This document shows positions 54,500-64,000 of a stretch of DNA of 64,000 nt, piece by piece. The translations under genes and the position numbers were made by a program. How positions within the stretch are numbered: the stretch's first letter is position 1; every line of letters starts with the position of its first letter. Source of the DNA: the human T2T-CHM13v2.0 reference genome, Homo sapiens; the NCBI RefSeq assembly GCF_009914755.1, contig NC_060927.1, one strand, 5' to 3'. A model generated the notes under the pieces. It was not told where the DNA came from, did not search any database, and was given only the letters and a program-made list of their open reading frames with translations.

Positions 54500-56015
54500 G
54501 AGACAGAGGAAATTGGTGACCAACATTATCCCAACTGGGAGTTCTTTGCCCTTGAAGGGTACCTCAGCTTACGACCATCTTGCTAGGGGAAAAGAGATTT
54601 GGGGAGGCACCGGGAACTGTAGCAGAGAAATAGTGGTAACGGATAAGGAGCAACATTGGAAAGATGAGTGTTGAGGGAGAGGCCAAGAAAGACAGGAGAG
54701 GGATATCTGTCCCGAAAATGAGGTCCACAAGTCCACAAGCCTGGAGAGCTGACTCAGAGGGAGCCATGGCTGGACAGTTCTCCCCTTACCTTCCTTTGTG
54801 CATCAGAAGGAAGCAAATCAGGTAAGAACTGCACAGCAGGGGCCAGGTCCCAGCCTCCCGGTGGCCTTCATGATGCTCTTCCCAAGACTCAACCTTGGGT
54901 CTCCTGAACAGTCACCAAATCAGAAACACACAGGCCTTTCAGGAGAATAGAACAATTACGAGGGTCACCTTCCAGAGACGCAGGAGACCAAAGTCAACAT
55001 CTCCACTTCTAACTAGCGGGTGGAAATAGAGTGTACCGGTTAGGAAAACCAGTGCTTCTAGGAGAGACTAGACCTAATGGGACTGTGAACTCAAAAGAGG
55101 AGAAAACAGAAAGGTGCCTGGAAGGTTTTTGGTACTTCTGGGCCAACTTAGTGAAGAATGGGCCTAGCTCTAGGCCTTTAAGCCACGCTACCCCGTCACA
55201 CGGCTCACATTTTTAGCTGTGTACTTTACCTGTGGGAGGACTGTCAGGTCCCAGGTGGGGAAATGCACGCTGCAAAAGAAAAAGCTGGTCAAAACTAGGA
55301 TGTAGGGGTGTCTGATGGCATAAACTATTTTTGCTCTCATTGGCGAAAATGTCAGCCAGCAACTCACTTGGCAAAGCCCTTAGTACAGTCTCATGGGTAA
55401 ATGGGGCTCATTTGCCACTCCCCTTTGTCCTCAGTCAGGGTCCTAGACCTTTCCTCACTCACAGGCTGATGGTCTTGAACCTGGTTATAAGGGGTTTCTG
55501 GGCTCTAATTAGAACCACGGTTCCCCACTGATGAGTGCCTCGCTTCTCCCCAGGACTCTGCAGAAGGCCCCAGGGGAGTAGGCAAGGCCTCAGCTCACAG
55601 CCTCCTACAGCCCAGCTGCCCCACCCTTGGGCTGTGCGTTGGGCTGGGCCGGTGCCTGCAGGGCTCAGGGCTGAGCTTGAACTGCCATTCTGAGACTAAC
55701 CATGGGCCCAACCGTGCCTCGGGACTCCCATCCCCACTGTCCAATGACTGCCCCTGGTCCCTGGGGACTCCTTCCCATCCCTTCTCCCCTTTCCCTCCCT
55801 TCTCTCCCCCACTCCCATCTGAGGCATCACCCTCTGTGGCCTCCTCCTTCTCCAGGCTCTTCTTTCTCAAAGGTCTTTGTCACTCACTGTTGGAGGATTT
55901 TGTATCCACTCTGGCCTAGGTATCTTTTCCCCCGGTTGTCTATAGTTTAAAATCATGGCTTGGAAGTGGAAGGCAAGGTGAAGACAGGTGACAGCTGATT
56001 AAAAAATATGCCTCA

Positions 56016-56423
<408 letters not shown>

Positions 56424-57467
56424 CTACTCTTGGAGGCCCTTCCTAACAGCCCAGGATGAGAGCTTTACCTTGTAAACTAGAAACCAGATCTGGGAGAGAC
56501 TGGGGGCTGAGGTGAGCTGGGATCTTTGGCTAGGGGTTTTTGGAGTAGCCCCTGGAGATGTCTGGGAGGCAATGTCCCCTGAGCACCAGCAGGCCTTTAA
56601 TGGGCCTCTGTGGCAAGAACACTTGCATGGGAACTTGCTGGAAGGATTTGACCAACTCAAACCCTTGCTTATTGCTTCCTCTCCCCCTTCCTCACCTCAT
56701 CACGTCCTTACCAACTCAGGGTGGCTGTCCAGATGGGGGTCAAGCACAGTGGCCCGTGTTTGTTCTGCAGAAGCCCATCCCTAGCACAGCCGTTACCTTC
56801 AAAACCCTCTTCTTGACTCTTGGGGTCCTCAAAGAACTTGGGAGGGAGGACCTGGAAAATGTCACTTTGGATACTTAAAGGTGGACTAAAACAGCACAAA
56901 GGTGCCTGTTTCTCTCCACCCCAAACCATGGCTATGATGAGATGGATCAAGAAATCCCCAAAATGCCACCGTCCCCAGTGGAACCTGTTTGGTTCTCTTT
57001 ATTCCCCGATGCCCTGAATATGGGTTTTCTCTCTTTTTCAGGTGAGAAGATATTACGTTGCTGTTGCTAAAGGTCTGGTAGTTCTCTATGCAGAGGTTTG
57101 GGCTGAAGGTGAATGCTGAGGTGTGCTTGTCTCTTACAGATGCAAAATCTATAACCTGTGAGCTGCTCTGGCCTTCAGCATTCCTGAAGAGCAGGGTGGG
57201 ATGCATGATTTTCATTTTCAGTATCCAAATGAAAATTATTAAAGAATATCACTGGGAAATCATTACAATATGTTTTAATTAGTTTATAGATTAATGTAGT
57301 TTGTTTACTAACGTAAGTAACTTGTAATATGGTCTGTTGCCTTGGGAGCAGAGCTAGAAACGAAAGCTCACAGTTAGGTAAACTGAATAAAGATTGGCAA
57401 AGGACTCCCATCACATTTTATTATTGCCCTGATAGCCACAGCCCCTCATTCATTTCTCTTCTAGTTT

Positions 57468-58151
57468 TGTAACCGCCCAAGGGGTTCACCTTGCCTGTTG
57501 CCTAGACAGAGTTGATTCATCAAGACAGGGGAATTGCAATAGAGAAAGAGTAATTTATGCAGAGCAGGCTGTGCAGGAGACTGGAGTTTTATTATTACTC
57601 AAATCAGTCTCCCCAAACATTTGGGGAGCAGAGTTTTTAAGGATAACTTGGTGGGTTGGGGGAAGCCAGTGAGCCAGGAGTGCTGATTGGTCAGAGATGA
57701 AATCATAGGGAGTCGCAGCTGTCTTCTTGTGCTGAGTCAGTTCCTGGGTGGGGGCCACAAGATCAGATGAGCCAGTTTATTGATCTGGGTTGTGCCAGCT
57801 AATCCATCAAGTGCAGGGGCTGCAAAATATCTCAAGCACTGATCTTAGGAGCAGTTTAGGGCAGGTCAGAATCTTGTAGCCTCCAGCTGCATGACTCCTA
57901 AACCATAATTTCTAATCTTGTGGCTAATGTTAGTTCTATAAAGTCAATCTAGTTCCCAGGCAAGAAGGAGGTCTGCTTTGGGAAAGGGCTGTTACCGTCT
58001 TTGTTTAAACTATAAACTAAGTTTCTCCCAATGTTACTTCAGCTTATGCCCAGGAATGAACAAGGACAGCTTGGAGGTTAGAAGCAAGATGGAGTCAGTT
58101 AGGTTAGATCTCTTTCACTGTCTCAGTCATAATTTTGCAAAGGCGGTTTCA
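57468..58151 (-). mobile_element. LTR8-family ERV1 solo LTR
   Basis: Reverse complement starts TGAAACCGCCTTTGCAAAATTATGACTGAGACAG. TG...CA termini and a 4-bp TSD gttt. Confidence 0.85.
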
Positions 58152-59142
58152 GTTTAGAGGTGTCTTAATAGCTCAAGAAAGCAGCTATTGGAATGGAGAC
58201 ATCAGACCCTGGCTTGGTGCCATGTTCATTGAATGAATGAGTGAATGCTACTACCTGAAGTTTCTATCTCCTCTCACCATGTGTCTAACTCTCCCTCCTA
58301 GCACTTTACCTGGTAACTTCTCCATCAGCACATAGCACAGTGTCTTGCACATAGCAGGTGTTCAATCAGAGTAAATTGAAATGACTGAATTGAATTGGAT
58401 GTCCAGTGAAGTAAATACCACACATGTTAGTGCTACTAACATTAAAATTCTTCACGCAGGCCAAAGCAGATGTGATGCCATGTTCAGCCATTGCTCAACT
58501 CTTGGCAAGGATCTGAAGACAAATAGAAACATCTTGATGTATTTGTGCAAGAAGTCTATGCCAGCAGCAGCTGTAGCAACTGCAGATTTTAATCTTAAAC
58601 ATCAATGTCCCTGACTTGGAGAAAATAAATTAGATTTTTTTTAACACCAAAGACAAAGGCTTTATTATCTCAAAAGGACTTATTATCCATGTTACTTGAG
58701 GAAAACATAAGTTAAAAATACAACTTCACACTGGATATATTGGAGTGATTTGACACTAGACTTTTTTTTTAAGTGTAAGGCATTTTTATCTTCATTATCA
58801 GAAGGACCTGTGTTGCAGGTGTTTCTCAGACTCTTATTTGCAGAAATGTCACTGTGTTGCTTTTTAAGAGGAAGTGAGGAAGATTTCTGAGAGATGTGAT
58901 TCTGGAAGGAAAAGGAAGGAATTTCCCAATTATTCTTTCTTCAACTGGGCCTCAGTTACCTCATCTGTATGAGTCATCAGTGAACGAGTTGGCCACTAGA
59001 TGATCTTTAACATTCCTTCTAATTCTAATTTTTCACAGTTCTTTGCTTTTCGCCAGCTGAAGTGAAGGACACTTGGTCAGCTAATGTCAAATTGTACATT
59101 TATCTTAGTTTTTTTCTAATTTTAAAGGTGATTTTATATAAG

Positions 59143-59701
59143 TGTTGAAGAGGAAACATAACTTTTTCCTCAATCGTCACGAATTCTTAGTTGGAACGGA
59201 CCCTTGTAACAAAAGTCAGATTAATGAGAAAAACCAAAGTTTATTAACATGTGCCTTTCATATATACACAGGAGCTACCCAGGGAATGAGTCATTCTCAT
59301 AGTGGTGGCTTTGAATTCCAGCTTATATAGCATCTTCAACAAAGAACAGTAGATTTTTAGAGATGTGACAAGATGAAGAGGATTTTGAATCTCCAGGGGC
59401 AGCAACTTGAGGAAAGGCAAGTGAGATGAAGGCTGGTCTGTAAAGCTTGTTCATGTAGATTCCTCTGGTGCCATCTTCAGGTCACTGAGGGTCTAACGTT
59501 GTCATCAGTGGGAGACCTTTGTGCTCCCTGGGAGAAGGGGGTGGGGGTGGGATCCCATTTGTCTTTGTAAATTTGTGTCTACTTTTAGGCAAATAGAGGA
59601 AGGGCAAAGAGCTTTCTTGCATCTGCCTCGTCTTATCTTCAGCTCAACAATCCTCATGCCAAAGAGGCATATTTTGGGGTGGCAAATTCTCGTCTCCCAC
59701 A
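59143..59701 (-). mobile_element. MER34-family-like ERV1 solo LTR
   Basis: Reverse complement starts TGTGGGAGACGAGAATTTGCCACCCCAAAATATGCCTCTTTGGCAT. 4-bp TSD taag. Confidence 0.75.
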
Positions 59702-59971
59702 TAAGGAAAGACTCTGCCTCCACTGGGTCTCCCAAAGTATTTGCACTTATGTCAGTTTTTGCTTTCGAAATGGAAATGTTACCTCTGAATGTGGTAAGAG
59801 AGTGAAGTCAGGCCTCTGTACACCAGGAATTGCTTAGAATGAGTCACAAACCATCTTAAAAATGTAGGAAATTAGGAATTAATTTATCAAACAGTTTTTT
59901 CTTCTTAAATCAGTTTCATTGAATTATAATTTTCATACAATAAAGTGTATCCATTTTAAGTGTACAGCTGA

Positions 59972-60283
<312 letters not shown>

Positions 60284-60971
60284 TGATGAGTTTTGACAAA
60301 CATTTACCTTCATCAAGATACAGAACATTTCCATCACCCCAGAGCCCTCATCAAGATACAGAGCATTTCTATCAACCCAGAAAATTCCCTCATGTCCTTT
60401 GGTAGTTCATCCTCATCAGGCTGGCTCTACAGTACAGATTCACCTTCCTTTGGCGGCTCATTTGCTGCCTTTCCTAAAGATACAGAGGTGAACAAACCAA
60501 GGTCCCTGTGGTCATGGGCTTCCATGCTAGTGCTGGGGGTGTAAGCAATCCTTTAGCTCCTTCAAGCTCCACTTTAGCTAACTCATCTCCGCTACTGGAT
60601 ACCGAGACTCTGTTTGGACCTTTAGAGGATATCCCACATGGGGGCCTCCTACTTCCCTCAAACTCCTTATCCCTTCCCATGGGTCTCTTTAAGGCCTCCA
60701 CAGCCTGTGTCTCTAATCCTTCCCTTAGAATAGATCACTCTCCCGCCAGGTGAGGAAGTTCCTGCTGTGCCTGGCTGCAGTTCAATGTTAAGGGAGTCTT
60801 CCTCTGTTCTGGTTTTTTTTTCTGCTATAGCGTGGGGTGCCAGCCCTGGAGCTCTGAGTGAGTGACAGTGAGGAATAGAGTTGCTGAGTGCTTCAGATTC
60901 CTTTGTTCTCCTTCTCTAGACAGCAGTAGTTTGTTTTAGAAAGAACATCCAGTGCACAAGAATTATTTATA

Positions 60972-61266
60972 TCCTGGCACAGTGGCTCATGCTTGTAATC
61001 CCAGCACTTTGGGAGGCCAAGGCAGGCAGATTGTTTGAGCTCAGGAGTTTGAGACCAGCCTGAGCAACATGGCAAAACTGTCTCTACTAAAAATACAAAA
61101 ATTAGCCCAGCATGATGGCCTGCTTCTGTAGTCCCAGCTACTTGGGAGGCTGAGGTGGGAGGATTGCTTGAGCTTGGGAGGTTGAGGCTGCAGTGAGCTG
61201 AGATCCACCACTGCACTCCAGCCTGGGTGATAGAGACCCTGTCTCAAAACAACAACAACAACAAAA
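60972..61266 (+). mobile_element. Alu (AluJ-like) with a (CAA)n tail
   Basis: ggattgcttgagc and gttgaggctgcagtg. TSD agaattattta. Confidence 0.9.
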
Positions 61267-61378
61267 TCAAAGAGAATTATTTACTTATTTTTCTGAAGAG
61301 CCATAATAAATGTTTACTTAGTGGGAAAAATAATGGTAGAATAAGATGGCAAAATTAGATGCAAAACTGGTTAATGTC

Positions 61379-61803
61379 TGTCAATTGAGAAAAATGATGA
61401 GCCAAGTCTCAATCATTTTAGGAGTTTATTTGCCAAAGTTAATGATGCATACCTATGACACAGCCTCAGGAAGTCCTGACGACATATGCCCAAGGTGGTC
61501 GGGGCACAGCTTGGTTTTATACATTTTAGGGAGATATGAGTCATCAATCAATATATGTAAGAAGTACATTGGTTCCATCCAGAAAGGCGGGGACAACTGG
61601 AAGCAGGAAGGGGGGTTTCCAGGTCACAGGTAAGTGAGAGACAAATGGTTGCATTTTTTTGAGTTTCTGATAAGCCTTTCCAAAGGAGGCAATCAGAATA
61701 TGCATCTATCTCAGAGAGCAGAGGGAAGACTGAATAGAATAGGAGGCAGGTTTGCCCTGAGCAGTTCCCAGCTTGAAGGGGCCCAAGATATTTTCCTTTC
61801 ACA
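61379..61803 (-). mobile_element. MER4A-family ERV1 solo LTR
   Basis: Reverse complement starts TGTGAAAGGAAAATATCTTGGGCCCC. 4-bp TSD tgtc. Confidence 0.85.
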
Positions 61804-61882
61804 TGTCCTAGAGGGCAATAAAACCGTAATTTCTTCTACTGGACAGATGTCATGGGCATCTCTGACAAAATTTATTTGCAAT

Positions 61883-62675
<793 letters not shown>

Positions 62676-63348
62676 GCAACTTATCAAATTGTCTACAAAT
62701 GAACACATGCTCTTAGAGTCTAGGTCCCAATCAATTGTAAGTCAACCAAAAGTTTCATTTCCCCAGGGTGTTAACTGGCCCTCAGGTGATTGTTAGGACA
62801 GTGCTCAAGGAGACTCGGAGATAACTTTTAGTCATCATTTTGTCTAACTTTCAAGTTCTGGATAATTTTTCTTAATATGATTAACCATACTCCCGCAAAA
62901 TAATAGCCAAACCTGCTTAGACCAAAGGGACAAGTGGCTCCTTCATGGCCAGTTAAACTGTTGCAGCTGATGGCACCACTGCTATCTAAGTTCTCTTTGT
63001 CCCCAGATTTCTCAGTAACCTGGAGAGGGGGTGTTGGTGATATCGCAGAACTATCTGCCAAACTACTATTTTGATGAATGAGTTATTTTTGCAGTTCCCT
63101 TTTTGGTGTCTTTCTGGAATAGAAAGAATCATTTATTAGGAATGTTTGGCTTTCCCAGAGGGGCTCTCAGAGTAAAAAGACTGATTTGTTTTCCTTTGGC
63201 AATTTTAAATTATGCTTTTTGGCCCATTAGTGACTTTACTTACAGAAAAACATCTGAGCAAAAGAAAGGAAACAGGCGGGATCTTAGATCACATGAATCC
63301 CTACACCAAAGTCCTGGGAGAGCACCTGCGCTGGCTCTGAAGGGCCTA

Positions 63349-63761
<413 letters not shown>

Positions 63762-63868
63762 TCACACCGGGCAGCAGGAGGCTGGACTTCTCCCATCAGT
63801 TTGCCACTTTCTTGCTGTGTGGCCTTAGTGTCAGAATCACACATTCTTTGGATTTCCTTATAATGGAT

Positions 63869-63935
63869 CAAAAAAGAAAGAAAGAAGAAAGAAAGAAAGA
63901 GGAAAGAAAGAAAGAAAAGAAAGAAAGAGAAAGTG
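63869..63935. repeat. (GAAA)n purine-rich simple repeat
   Basis: aaaaagaaagaaagaagaaagaaagaaagaggaaagaaagaaagaaaagaaagaaagagaaag. Confidence 0.9.
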
Positions 63936-64000
63936 TGAGAGAGAGAGGAGGAGGAAAATAATCAGTTCTGCTGCACTTGCCTCACTGGGTGGTTATAAGG

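Overview
Human genomic DNA that I recognise from the translated exons as the EXOSC7-CLEC3B locus (3p21.31). Positions 1-15.2 kb hold the last five coding exons of EXOSC7 (RNA exosome subunit RRP42, + strand), with a proximal ATTAAA and a distal AATAAA. Positions 30.0-39.8 kb hold the complete three-exon CLEC3B gene (tetranectin, 202 aa, + strand), with a CpG-rich last exon. The rest is repeat-rich intronic or intergenic DNA: about 27 Alus (one from the AluYb lineage), a decayed ERV-L internal region, an L3/CR1 relic, L1 fragments, Tigger/Charlie/MER DNA transposons and several solo LTRs with clean target-site duplications (TSDs). I see no new protein-coding gene or prokaryotic-type system. The most unusual structures are: a head-to-head inverted THE1D LTR pair 2 kb upstream of CLEC3B; an inverted-Alu arrangement that could circularise EXOSC7 exons 5-6 or 5-7 into stop-free in-frame circles; an atypical AluYb copy; a tiny poly(A)-tailed insertion with a triple TSD; and several perfect recent duplications or inversions. 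Repeat subfamily names come from my memory of consensus sequences and need RepeatMasker/Dfam confirmation.
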